64,000 bases of DNA, from the NCBI RefSeq assembly GCF_018350175.1, contig NC_058368.1:135720001-135784000 (forward strand). Reading direction: 5' to 3'. The stretch comes from Felis catus (Eukaryota). Shown here in pieces: positions 1 through 14,700 of the stretch. The position numbers were made by a program, and so were the translations under genes. Numbering within the stretch: position 1 is the first letter of the stretch; every line of letters starts with the position of its first letter. The notes below the pieces were generated by a model. That model searched no databases, had not been told where the DNA came from, and was given only the letters and a program-made list of their open reading frames with translations.

Positions 1-275
1 TAATAGTCTATTGTGAATATATGTACCACATCTCTATCTATTATTCATCTATAGATGGACACTTGGGCACTTGAGTTGCTTCTGTAGTTGGGCTTTTGTA
101 AATAATGTTGCAGTTAACACAGGAGTGCATATATCTTTTTGAATTAGTGTTTTCATATTCTTTAGGTAGGTAAATACCCAGTAGTGAAATTACTGGATCC
201 TGTGGTAATTGTATTTTTAATTTTTTGAGGAACTTCTGTACTGTTTTCCACAGTGGCCGCAATCAGTTTGTATTT
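1..275 (-). mobile_element. L1 fragment (3' region)
   Basis: Typical antisense L1 text (gaggaacttctgtactgttttccacagtggc). Confidence 0.8.
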
Positions 276-565
276 AGTTTTTTAGGTACAATAGCTTTTT
301 CAGAAGTAGTTCTTTTTTATTTTGTTTTGTTTTGTTTCTTAGTATTCTTGATTGCATTTAGTCATTGTATAAAGCAGTGAGTAAGAGACTGGTGTAAGCC
401 TGAACCTATTAATGCAATTTGTTATACTTATTTCTTTATTGTTATACTTACTAAGAGTAACAACAGTTAAACCATTTTTTGTATTCCTAATTTGTAATTT
501 TGCTTTTTAGAAACTGTGTTCCCTAAGAGCATATTATTGGGCATATTAATAAACATGTTACTTTA

Positions 566-982
566 GAGGCGCCAGGGTTGCTTATTTGGTTGGTTGAGCA
601 TCCGACTTCGGCGCAGGTCATGGTCTCGTGCATCTTGAGTTTGCGCCCGATATTGGGCTCACTGCTGTCAGCACGTAGCAGCCTTTGAACCCTTTGTCTT
701 CCTCTCTCTGCCCCTCTCCCACTTGCGTGCGCCCTCTGTCTCAAAAAAAAAATACATAAACATTTTTTTTTTAATTCTTTTTGATGTTTATTCATTTTTG
801 AGAGACAGAGACAGAGTGCGAGCAGGGGAGGGGCAGAGAGAGAGGGAGACACAGAATCCGAAACAGGCTCCAGGCTCTGAGCTGTCAGCACAGAGCCCGA
901 CGCAGGGCTCAAACTCACGAACCGCGAGATATGACCTGAGCCGAAGTCGGATGCTTAACCGACTGAGCCACCCAGGCGCCCC
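566..982. mobile_element. Two SINEC: + copy (566-~760) with a - copy (~770-982) inserted in its tail
   Basis: tRNA-derived heads, (CT)n linkers; TSD cataaacattttttt at 755 and 983. Confidence 0.9.
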
Positions 983-1210
983 CATAAACATTTTTTTAAA
1001 ACATGTTATTTTATGTTTATATGTTATGTATTTCCTCCCAAATAGGCTACCTTGAAGTGCTATTTTTGTTTGTTAATCAGGATGCCCTCAGTTACTTTTC
1101 CACATTTAATCTTGCAAAGATACAGGAGACATTTATTTTCTTAAGTCCATTATTTGAATGTATAACTTAAAAACTTAAAGAGTGAGGAATGGTAGGTACT
1201 TGATCCTTTT

Positions 1211-1430
1211 TTTAAATTTTTTTGCAACGTTTTTTATTTATTTTTGGGACAGAGAGAGACAGAGCATGAACGGGGGAGGGGCAGAGAGAGAGGGAGACAC
1301 AGAATCGGAAACAGGCTCCAGGCTCCGAGCCATCAGCCCCGAGCCTGACGCGGGGCTCGAACTCCCGGACCGCGAGATCGTGACCTGGCTGAAGTCGGAC
1401 GCTTAACCGACTGCGCCACCCAGGCGCCCC
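1211..1430 (-). mobile_element. Young Felidae SINEC
   Basis: CpG-rich, near-identical to the copies at 5393, 13050, 19005, 44503 and 59080; perfect TSD cttgatcctttt. Confidence 0.92.
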
Positions 1431-1623
1431 CTTGATCCTTTCTTATATTGTTAATTTTGCTTTTCAAATTCGTGATTTCTACTCTCTTCTTGCTTACTAG
1501 CTACATGTAAGTTGCTACATGTTTTTACTGTGGCTATGTATTTGAAGTGTTTGTATTTTATGCATGAAGTCTAAAATAATTTAACACATTTTTAGTGTTT
1601 GTTTTTTTTTCCCCCTCTACCAG

Positions 1624-1657
1624 ATTAAACTTGGACATAGATCAGAAGCTAAAGATG
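1624..1657 (+). CDS. CDK7: CDK7 exon 3 (IKLGHRSEAKD-G)
   Basis: cag| ... |gtaagt boundaries; translation matches CDK7 residues 43-54; 34 nt. Confidence 0.96.
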
Positions 1658-2426
1658 GTAAGTATTTAATGTAATCTGACCAAACAGGATAAGTTTTTCT
1701 TCTCACTGAGGAAGTTCAAGTATTAGCGTTCTAAGTGGCTCTGGGTAGAGTTTTTGCAGGGTGCTATAAGAGTAGACTCAGCATAGAGACAGGATATCGG
1801 TGATATCCACCATTTGGTTGTTAAGAGTCATGTAAGTCACTCAAGTCATCTGAGTAAATGGAACATAGCAAAGTTATTTATCAGTGGCTTGTCTTACAGT
1901 CTTCATTACTGTTTAACGTGTTGTTGTAAGCAGTTTATTCTTTATCTTAGCTTTTAATTACTTTAAAAGTTCAGGATATAGCTTCATAGAAGTACAGAAA
2001 ACTCACTCTGGAATAAGTGTATGGAGAAAAATATCTTTATCCCTTCCACACCCTTGTGTGCTATAGTGTTAAGTCTTATTTAGTCATCAAGAGGTAGTTT
2101 TTATAAAAAGGATCCATCATCTGTTTAACAGCTAATACCAGATCTTATTTTAAATTAGGAATTCTGTCTTTTGTTTTGGGAAAGATACTGTCTTACCACT
2201 GTTTTGCTGTTACCATCAAGAATCTGTTGCTAATATTCGTAATGTAAAAAGGAGGAAGCTCTTGACATATTGCCTTCATGTTACAAGCCGACACCTGTTA
2301 TTCCAGCAGTCTTCTAAAGTGATATGCTGCAAAGTGAATACTTTTTGTCATCATTTATCATAGTCTGTGTGAAGCTAGTTTCAAAATAAAGCAGTATAAA
2401 AGAAAACCAGATGTCATAAAAATTGA

Positions 2427-2693
<267 letters not shown>

Positions 2694-3585
2694 TGATTGA
2701 AGGCTCAGCAAGGTGAGTTGTTTTAGGTGAGCCTTGTAAAAAAGCTTAAAAGTTTATCATGCCGAAATGTATTTTTTGTTCTAATTGAACTGGAGGCAGT
2801 GTCTTTAAAACCGTACAACTGATGAAATAAATTTAATTTTGTCAAAAATTATTTTGAAGCCTAGAGAGCTCTAACATGCATAAGCTTGAGTAAGCTCCCT
2901 ACGACTCTGTGCCATAATTTCTACCTCATAGGGTTGTTGCGAGACTAGTTAATTTATTGAATGTGTGCAAAGTACCTGGAAAATAGTGCCTGGCATAGAG
3001 ATGGCATATAATGAATGATAACTGCCACTGCTATTTATAGGATTTTCTTAAATACTGAGCATGGTAATTTTTCTGAATTAGAGACTGAGGTGAGATTTTC
3101 ATTAAGGATTTCTTAATTATAACTGAAAATTTTGGAGGAGAATTTAAGTAGTTAGTGACTTTTTAAAAAATGTTTGTTTATTTATTTGAGAGAGAGAGAG
3201 CATGTGAGCAGGAGAGGGGTAGATAGACATTCTCAAGCAGGCTCCATGCTCAACACAGAACCTGATGCGAGGCTGGATCTCATGACCCTGAAATCATGAT
3301 CTGTGCTGAAATCAAGAATCAGACACTTAACCAACTGAGCCACGCAGGGACTCCTAGTGACTTTTTAAAAATATTAAAGTTTAGTATTTTTGTGCTTCAA
3401 AGTACTAATTCCTAGGGGCGAAAAAAGGATAAATGTCAAATTTAATAAAATAATTCAAATTTAACAGGGAAATATCAGCAGTCCAGTGCTAGTTTAAATT
3501 TTTTGAAATTACTTTGGTTGGTATAATTTTCAAGTATTTAATAGGGAATCAGATTTTGATCTTTTTTTTTAATACTGCTTTGCAG

Positions 3586-3654
3586 CTCCTTGATGCCTTT
3601 GGACATAAATCTAATATTAGCCTTGTCTTTGATTTTATGGAAACTGATCTGGAG
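3586..3654 (+). CDS. CDK7: CDK7 exon 5 ([23 protein letters not shown]; hinge)
   Basis: cag| ... |gtaaga; 69 nt, in frame. Confidence 0.97.
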
Positions 3655-3782
3655 GTAAGATTAAGATTCGTAGAGAAATTTTTTTCTCTCTAAATCAAAA
3701 GAGAACCTAAATGTTTATTTTCTATGTTTAAAGATACTGTTAGTCAAAGGAATGCTTAATTTTGTTGAACTGTGAATGTACT

Positions 3783-4231
3783 CCCCCGCCCCCACCAGAA
3801 TGACAGAGAGAAAGAGAGCATTTGTGTTTGAGCACACAGGGTAGAGTCAGATGGAGAAGGAGATAGAGAATCTCAAGTGGGCTCCAGAGCCAGCTGAAAG
3901 CTCTACTCGGAGCTCAGTCTCACAACTGTGAGATCATGACCTAAGTCACAATCAGAAATCAGACGCTTAATTGACTAAGCCACCCAGGCACCCCTAAATG
4001 TGAATGTACTCTTTTTTTTCTTTTAATGTTTATTTATTTTTGAGACACAGAGAGACAGAGACAGAGCGTGAGTGGAGGAGGGGCAGAGAGAAGGATACAC
4101 AGAATCCAAAGCAGGCTCCAGGCTCTACACTGTCAGTGCAGAATCCGACACAGGGTTCAAACTTACAGACCTCGAGATCATGATCTGAGCCGAAGTTGGA
4201 CGCTTAATTGGCTACGCCACCCGGGTGCCCC
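3783..4231 (-). mobile_element. Two tandem SINEC copies
   Basis: SINEC heads ending at 3994 and 4231; TSD tgtgaatgtactc at 3771 and 3999. Confidence 0.85.
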
Positions 4232-4240
4232 AGTATTCTT

Positions 4241-4668
4241 TTTTTTTTTTTTTTTTTATGAAATTTATTGACAAATTAGTTTCCATACAACACCCAGTGC
4301 TCATCCCAAAAGGTGCCCTCCTCAATACCCATCACCCACCCTCTCCTCCCTCCCACCCCCCATCAACCCTCAGTTTGTTCTCAGTTTTTAAGAGTCTCTT
4401 ATACTTTGGCTCTCTCCCACTCTAACCTGTTTTTTTTTTTTTCCTTCCCCTCCCCCATGGGTTCCTGTTAATTTCTCAGGGTCCACATAAGAGTGAAACC
4501 ATATGGTATCTGTCTTTCTCTGTATGGTTTATTTCACTTAGCATCACACTCTCCAGTTCCATCCACGTTGCTACAAAAGGCCATATTTCATTTTTTCTCA
4601 TTGCCACGTAATATTCCATTGTGTATATAAACCACAATTTCTTTATCCATTCATCAGTTGATGGACAC
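4241..4668 (-). mobile_element. Young 5'-truncated felid L1 3' end
   Basis: Poly-T, carnivore L1 3'UTR; TSD ccccagtattctt at 4228-4240 and 4669-4681. Confidence 0.9.
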
Positions 4669-4929
4669 CCCCAGTATTCTTAAGTGAAAGATCTTTGGAG
4701 TCATTTAGCCATATTCCCAGTGTTAGATACAGAGATTTGGATTTCAAAGCATTTTTGTTGACCAAGTTCCCTATACTTTATTGACATTATTTTTAGATAA
4801 ATGAGTATCAGGTCTTTCAGAATTTCCATATTATTACAGAATATCATCTTTTTGAAAGCCAAATTTTTGTTTTTGAGAAATTAAAATGTTACGGTTTTTC
4901 TTAATATTAATTGAATCTCAGAAATTGAC

Positions 4930-5800
4930 AATCCAGGGATGTTGAACAACTGAAAGTCTCATATGCTGCTGGTGAGAATGCAAAATGGTACAGCCAGTTT
5001 GGAAAATAGTTGGCAGTTTCTTAAACAGTTAAACACACACATAAAGTACGATCTCGCAATACTACTGCTAGGCATTCAAGAGAAACAAAAACTTGTCTAC
5101 ACAGAAATCAGTTGGTACACAGATGTTTAGCTTTATTCATTATTGCCCAAATTGGAAACAATCCAGTACTCACTTTTGTCTAGTGAATATATAAACAAAC
5201 TGTGGTATATCTATATAATGGAATACTGTTCAGGAATAAAAAGAAATTAACTACTCAATTAAGCAACAGTATAGAGAAATCTCAAATGCATTGTACTAAA
5301 TGAAAGAACCCAGGTTCAAAAGACTATGTATTATATGATTCTATTTATGTGATATTATGGCAAAGGCAAAACTAAAGGAATAGAAATTGGATGGGGCGCC
5401 TGGGTGGCGCAGTCGGTTAAGCGTCCGACTTCAGCCAGGTCACGATCTCGCAGTCCGGGAGTTCGAGCCCCGTGTCAGGCTCTGGGCTGATGGCTCGGAG
5501 CCTGGAGCCTGTTTCCGATTCTGTGTCTCCCTCTCTCTCTGCCCCTCCCCCGTTCATGCTCTGTCTCTCTCTGTCCCAAAAATAAATAAAAAACGTTGAA
5601 AAAAAAAAAAAAAAAGAAATTGGATCAGTTGTGGCCAGGATTGGAGTGGAGGGAAGTACTGGGTACAGTGGAGCCTGAGGCAGTTGGAGGTGGGAGTGAG
5701 GGTTATAGAACTCTTATCTTGATTATGGTAGTGATTACACAACTGGATAGGTTTGTTAAAACTCATGGAACTATGCACCAAAAAGGGCATATTTTACCTG
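4930..5800 (+). mobile_element. Old L1M 3' region interrupted by a young SINEC (5393-5614, TSD agaaattggat)
   Basis: aaatggtacagccagtttggaaaatagttggcagtttc and downstream L1M 3'UTR motifs. Confidence 0.8.
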
Positions 5801-5812
5801 AATCTGATTTCT

Positions 5813-6500
5813 TTTTTTGTTTTTGCAAATGGGATTGTTCTCTTAATTTTTCTTTCTGCTACTTCCATATTAGTGTTTAGATATGCAACAGATTTCTCTA
5901 TATTGATTTTGTATCCTGCCACTTTCCCGAATTCACTTATCAGTTCTAGTAGTTCTTTATTTGTATTTTTTTCAATATATGAAATTTATTGTCAAATTGG
6001 TTTCCATACAACACCCAGTGCTCATCCCAAAAGGTGCCCTCCTCAATACCCATCACCCACCCGCCTCTCCCTCCCACCCCCCATCAACCCTCAGTTTGTT
6101 CTCAGTTTTTAAGAGTCTCTCATGCTTTGGCTCTCTCCCACTCTAATCTCTTTTTTTTTTTTTTTTCCTTCCCCTCCCCCATGGGTTTCTGTTAAGTTTC
6201 TCAGGATCCACATAAGAGTGAAAACATATGGTATCTGTCTTTCTCTGTATGGCTTATTTCACTTAGCATCACACTCTCCAGTTCCATCCACGTTGCTACA
6301 AAGGGCCATATTTCGTTCTTTCTCATTGCCATGTATATAAACCACAATTTCTTTATCCATTCATCAGTTGATGGACATTTAGGCTCTCTAGTAGTTCTTT
6401 AAAGACTATGTGAATCTTTAGGGTTTTCTATATATAGTATTATGTCATCTGCAAACAATGAAAGTTATTTCTTCTTGCCAGTTTGGATACCTTTTATCCA
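5813..6500 (-). mobile_element. L1 ORF2 internal fragment (TSD aatctgatttct) containing a nested young L1 3' end (5960-6386, TSD tctagtagttcttt)
   Basis: Antisense ORF2 text (ttgattttgtatcctgccacttt; tatgtcatctgcaaac) on both sides of the nested L1. Confidence 0.85.
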
Positions 6501-6589
6501 AATCTGATTTCTCAAAAAATAAAATGGGAATTTTTAGCTAGTATAACTTAAAAATCTAGGAATAAACTGTCTTTAAGTACAGTTCACAA

Positions 6590-6998
6590 ATAATGCCATC
6601 AGAACTCAGTCTTGGACTTTAACTTAGCTCTATTTTCTGCTTTGTTGCCTTCCTTCTCAATATAGTGCCTAATTTCTCAATATAGTGGCTCAGGCACTTC
6701 AGGCTCAGATCCTTAGAGTTTATTGATCTCTAAAGAAAGAGAAGGTACTTTGTCCTTTTTCATTCTAGCAGAAGTACTTGGCCTCTTTAATTAGCTTGGC
6801 TAGGATCACATGTCCATCCCTAAACCAGTGTCCTGGATAACAGGCTTCAGTTTGGTGGTTGCCTGTGCCTGGGTCTTGTATCTAGCTCTAGAGGCCACAG
6901 GTAGTGGTCAGTCCTGTTTTACATTCAAACAAATGATGAATGCTGTTATCAGAAGGGGCTGTACATCCTGGGGCAAGCAAAACAACAGATGTTCACTA
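6590..6998. mobile_element. Old MaLR LTR (MLT1J/K-like)
   Basis: ggatcacatgtccatccctaaacca and terminal gcaaaacaacagatgttcacta. Confidence 0.6.
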
Positions 6999-7170
6999 TT
7001 AGTGCCTTTTAAACAGAACAGGAGGAGAAAAAGCACCAGAAGAGATATTTTTCCTAACCATGTAACTTGAAATTCTGACAGTGCTTCCTAAGGAGAGTTA
7101 GGCAGTCTTTCTTGAGATTGTTCTGTAGAATGGATAAATTGATTTTATGTCTGTAAATGATTTTATGTGA

Positions 7171-7350
<180 letters not shown>

Positions 7351-8324
7351 TGATTCTTTATATTTTAGTCAAGGTTTATGTAGCCAATTATTATATAAAT
7401 GGTCTGAATATGTAAATTGTTAAAAATATAGCTGGACCCCATTTTATCCCACCTTCTTCCTCTGTGTTCCCTTCAGTTGTTCCAGGAGGTGGTGCTATGA
7501 GGATTCTAAAATACTATGTGAAATTTAAAAATGGAAGAGGCCCAGTTCATTTTTTTCATAGATGAAGAGCTAAGTTGCTAAGTCACCTGACCAAGGTTAT
7601 ATGTATTTTTTTCAAGGTCAGTAGCTGGTAACTGACAGAGTATTAGAATCTAGATGTTTGGGTTAACTCCAGTGTTCTTTGTGCTGTATTGTTGTGACAG
7701 AAAAAAAAATACAGTGAGAATCTGGATTAAATTATACAATCCTAAAATTTTTTTAGAAAAACAAAATTTCTAAGAACTCTAAAAATCTATGAAGTAATAA
7801 AATTTCTGAAATAGTTGAGTCATTGTTAGAAACATCCAGCTATTGAAACAAGACTGATAATCTAATAGGTAGATGTTCTTAGATAGTCTGTTTAGGTAAA
7901 TAGCTGAGAATATATAATTTGTAGTCAGTAATCCTCATATCCTAAACTTGGGATCCCTTTGAGGTTATTGCTAATATCCTTATAGTATAGATTTTGAAGG
8001 CTATATTCCCCATCCTCTGTAAATGCATAATGTTTTTATTTACCAAAGTTCAGATGGCAGCGACTCTTTGTTGAGTTCATAGTCATTACACTAGGCTGTT
8101 CACAGCAACCTTGTAGGTAAATTGAAGCTCAGTGATCCAAGGTCTCACCAAAGTAATATAACCAACCAATCTTAATTTTTCTTTGGTAGGATTTTATATC
8201 AGTGAGAAAAATATTGATTATTATTTAAATTTGGGGTTTACCCTGTTATTGCAAAGTTTAAAGTTAAGCCAACTAAGTGTATTGTTATAATATTCTCTTG
8301 TGCCCTGCTTATGTATTGATTTAA

Positions 8325-8459
<135 letters not shown>

Positions 8460-9167
8460 TAAGAATTTTTTAAAACACTGAAAACTTACGTTGTGTGGGA
8501 TTTTTTTTTTTTTTTAAACAAGTTCTCCGTGGGCCCAACGTGGGCTTGAACTCATGACCCTGAGATTGAGAGTCCTATCTCTACCGACTGAGCCAGCCAG
8601 GTGCCCCTTGTTGTGTAGGATATTAATCACAAATGAGCATCATTTGGCTTCTTTGAAATATCTCGGCAGAGTTCAGGAATTATTGTTGGTGTTTTGCTAA
8701 AAACATGGACCTCTTTATGTTTAACCACAATGAAAAAAATACTGCCATTTTTTCAAATGGAGTTCGATTAAGTCCATTGTCAGACATTTACCTAACAAGT
8801 TTTGGGACTAATTTATACCACTTCTACATTTTAGTTAGGTTGGCTGGAACTGTAGTGGCTATTTTTTTACATATTTACCTGATGGGAGGGGGGTTGTGTT
8901 TATTTTATAGGTCATTAAGTGATTTCATGTTTTAAATCATTTCAGTATGAATAAAAATTCTCTAAAGCAGTACATTGATAACTGGAGTTTTCATGTTTTT
9001 AGTACTCATGTTTTATACTTTTTATGTATAAAAACTAAAAAAAATCAAATGAAATAGATAGGGACAGATTTTATAATTCTAGTCAGGATGTCATTTGTTA
9101 ATTTCCAAGTCTATTTTAAGGATCTGAAATTTCCTCCGTGAAAGGGCTTAAAAGGATAAGAAAATAT

Positions 9168-11144
<1,977 letters not shown>

Positions 11145-11749
11145 TGAGATGAGAAGATCTCTCATTTAAGACAATGAAGGTTTTATTATAGGTCATTTCT
11201 ATGTTCTGAAATACAACTATAATAAAATCTTCATTAGGCCATAATATGGTAATATCTCTGCAGTAACTAAATGTGTTAGGATGAACTTTTGTAGTCCTGG
11301 GACATTTTTAGTTTGGGGCTGTTTAAAATTACACTTTAAGAGATGTGTAAAACCAGCCACTGCAGCTGCACTATATAACTAAACCTTGTGTGAGAAGATT
11401 ATTTTAGTTCTCTTCAAACAAAGCAGACATCTTGGTCTTATAGCATTCCTCTCAACCGAGACCATCTTAAAACAAGACATCATCTCCTACCCTGGTGGCA
11501 ACAAAGATGGTGCATGAGAAACTTTTCTTTAGCTATAAAGTTGGGTTTAGCCTTTCTGAATGATGACAGCAAAGGAATATTGGGGAGTCCTTCTGAAGCT
11601 GAGAGTTTTTTCCTCCTTATATTCCAGATATTCCAATCCCAGCTGTTTTCAAGTGATACGTATTTCAAGAAATGTAAACCCAAGGCACAAAAATACAGCT
11701 TTTTAGTTTCTTGAACACAGAAAATAGCTTCTATACACCAGTTACTGTT

Positions 11750-14700
11750 TTGTTGCTTATTTGTTTTTGAGAGAGAGGGGGCGCAAGAGAGCAAGGGACA
11801 GAGAGAGGAGAGCAAGAGACATTCCTACGAGGGGCAGAGAAAGAGAGAGAAAGGGGGTCACCTGAAGTGGGGTGAGAGAGAGAGAAATAGAAGCAGAGCT
11901 CACCTGAAGCAGAGCTCGTGTTTTTACCTGAAGCTGGACTCGAGCTCACCCGATGCAAAACTTGAATTCACGAACCATGAGATCATGACCTGAGATGAAG
12001 TCAGACACTTGACCAACTAAGCCACCCAAATGCCCTGCAAAGTTGCCTTCTTAAATATCTTTCTTAGTTTAGTGTGAGTTATATGCATCATTTTGAGAAG
12101 CTCATTCCTCTGGGTGCTTGCAGAAGAAACCCTCACACATTTAGATTTGAAGATGAATAGTAATCTGTGTGCTAGTAATGGGTCTTGTGGATCAGCTCTG
12201 CTACCCACAAAAACAAAGAATTTCCCAGAAATTTACATTTGAGGATCATTTAGTTTCCCCAAACAGTTCATTCATTACCAAGATAAAGCCAGAATTCCTT
12301 GGCCCCTAATATTATGATTTATCATTCCATTGAGAAAGTAAGTAGAGAGAGATAGCAGTTAAGAGTGAACAGGTTAACAAGAGACTCTTAATGATAGAGA
12401 ACAAACTGAGGGTTGATGGAGGAAGATGGGCAGGGAATGGGCTAGATAGGAGATAGGTATTCAGGAGGGCACTTGTGATGTGCACTGGGTGTTGTAAGTG
12501 ATGAATTCTACTCCTGAAACCAATATTACACTGTCTGTTAACTAATTGAAATTAAAATAAATAGGTACGCATGGGTAACTCAGTTGATTTAGCATCCGAC
12601 TTTTGGTTTTGGCTTAGGTCATGATCTCACGGTTTAGGGATTGAGCCTCGCATTGGGCTCTGCACTGACAGTGCTGAGCCTGCTTGGGGTTCTCTAGCTC
12701 CCTCTCTCTCTCTCTCTCTCTCTACCCCTCCTGTGCTCTCTCTCTGTCTCTGTCTCTTTCTCTCTCTCTCAAAATAAATAAATACTAAAAAAATAAATAC
12801 AAAAATAGTTTAAATAAATAAATAGATTAGAAATTGTGGACTTGGTTGGAATCACAGTTGGAGTCTTATTAGCCATTGGCCTTGTTGCTTGAAGCTTATG
12901 AAGAAATTAATGGTTCCATTTGGTGAAGAACTGTACCATTTTGCCATACTTTAGTCCTGCACAATTGAAGAAAAATGTTTCCTATTTTGCTATTTTTGAA
13001 ATGTTTTCTATTTTAAATTCTTCTGTGCTCATTTAAAAATATTCATGGAGGGGCGCCTGGGTGGCACAGTCGGTTAAGCGTCCGACTTCAGCCAGGTCAC
13101 GATCTCGCGGTCCGTGAGTTTGAGCCCCGCATCAGGCTCTGGGCTGTTGGCTCGGAGCCTGGAGCCTGTTTCCGATTCTGTGTCTCCCTCTCTCTCTGCC
13201 CCTCCCCCGTTCATGCTCTGTCTCTCTCTGTCCCAAAAATAAATAAACATTGAAAAAAAAAAATATTCATGGAATTGGGGCGCGTGGGTGGCTCAGTCGG
13301 TTAAGCATTCTACTTTGGCTCAAGTCATGATCTCACAGTTTGTGAGTTTGAGCCCCGCGTTGGGCTCTGTGCTGACAGCTCAGAGCCTGCAGCCTACTTC
13401 GGATTCTGTGTCTCCCTCTCTCTTTGCCCCTCCCCCGCTTACACTCTTTCTCTCTCAAAAATAAGTAAACATTAAAAAGATTAAAAAAATATATTCATGG
13501 AATTGCTGTCCACACAGTTCTGAATCTGTGGTGAGATCCTGCCATCCAAACAATTGAATGCAGTTTAGTTCAAAAGATTTGCTGTTATCAGCATTCAGCC
13601 TTTTTTAAAGTGTTGTTTTCTTTATATTATATTTTATAAACAATAAATAAGCTTATGTCCAACCAAAGTAGTCAATATTGTTTAAATCATTTTATTTATT
13701 GTTTTTAACTGTATTTTTGAGAGAGAGAGAAAGAGTGCATGTGGGGGAAGGGCAGAGAGAGAGAGGGCGACATAGAATCCAAAGCAGTCTCCAGGCTCTG
13801 AGCTGTCAGCACAGGGCCCAGTGTGGGGCTCGAACTCAAAAACCATGAGATCATGACCTGAGCCCAAGTCAGAGACTTAACCGGCTGAGCCACCCAGGCA
13901 CTCCTGTTTAAATCATCTTAGAAGCAAATTGATCTGTGGTCTTAACATCCTCTGTGATTATTAAATGAAAAAGAACACATTTAATTTATGATCTTCTTAT
14001 GTTCTTTTTCATAATCATATTTTGAGACAATGATTAATAGAAAATCTAAGCTGGGATATTAACTAGTGAGCAACTGTCTTATTATCTGATCTAGATAGTT
14101 TCAAGGATATCATTTTAGTTTATAAAGAAGTCTAGTTTGGGAAGAACATTTTATGCCTTACATAAGGACACTGAGCATCTTTCAGGCCTGTATTAAAGCC
14201 TTCTCTAGGGATAATATGGTGATACAAAGGTTGATCAACCAATTACTGCCTGCTCTTCTTTCGTTTCATTTAAATGATCAGGATCCAGACCTGTTGGCTT
14301 CACTCTGTCATTCTAATACTTCATTTGAGCTGTATTAGCTCAGACCACAGTTTTCATCAGTTGGTTTTGCATAGACTCATTGGTATACCAGGTGCTAGAG
14401 GCTAAAGTGTGCTAGTTATTCAAGAACTATATTGTTGATTATGCCTATTGCATTAAAACATTGCCAGACTTCTAATATTTGGTTTATGAACCCTGCCTCC
14501 CTATAAAGACATGAGAAAGAAAAAATAAATTTCTCCATTATAATTTTTTTTTTTTAAATGAATATGAACTCAGTTTAAGAAGAGATTTCATGGGGCGCCT
14601 GGGTGGCTCAGTTGGTTAAGCATCCAACTTTGGCTCAGGTCATGATCTCATGGTTTGTGGGTTAGAGCCCCACATCAGGCTCTGGGCTGACAGCTCAGAG

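Noticed and set aside
566..650. tRNA-like A/B boxes at SINE heads as tRNA genes
   Set aside because: Each continues into a (CT)n linker and A-tail with TSDs, so these are tRNA-derived SINEs and not tRNAs.
1081..1191. Possible 111-nt cryptic CDK7 exon (cag| ... ATG|gtaggt)
   Set aside because: Splice signals are only moderate and it contains an in-frame stop; there is no independent support.
523..1406. SINE-derived ORFs here and throughout the window (e.g. MAQSVK..., ...ERETQNPKQAPGSELSAQSP)
   Set aside because: The same peptides recur at every SINEC copy; they are translation artefacts.
11340..14500. Non-repeat, moderately coding-like patches in CDK7 intron 8 (ORFs 11514..11714, 14153..14338)
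   Set aside because: No recognisable protein motif, TSD or polyA tail. A decayed element cannot be excluded without a Dfam/TBLASTX search.
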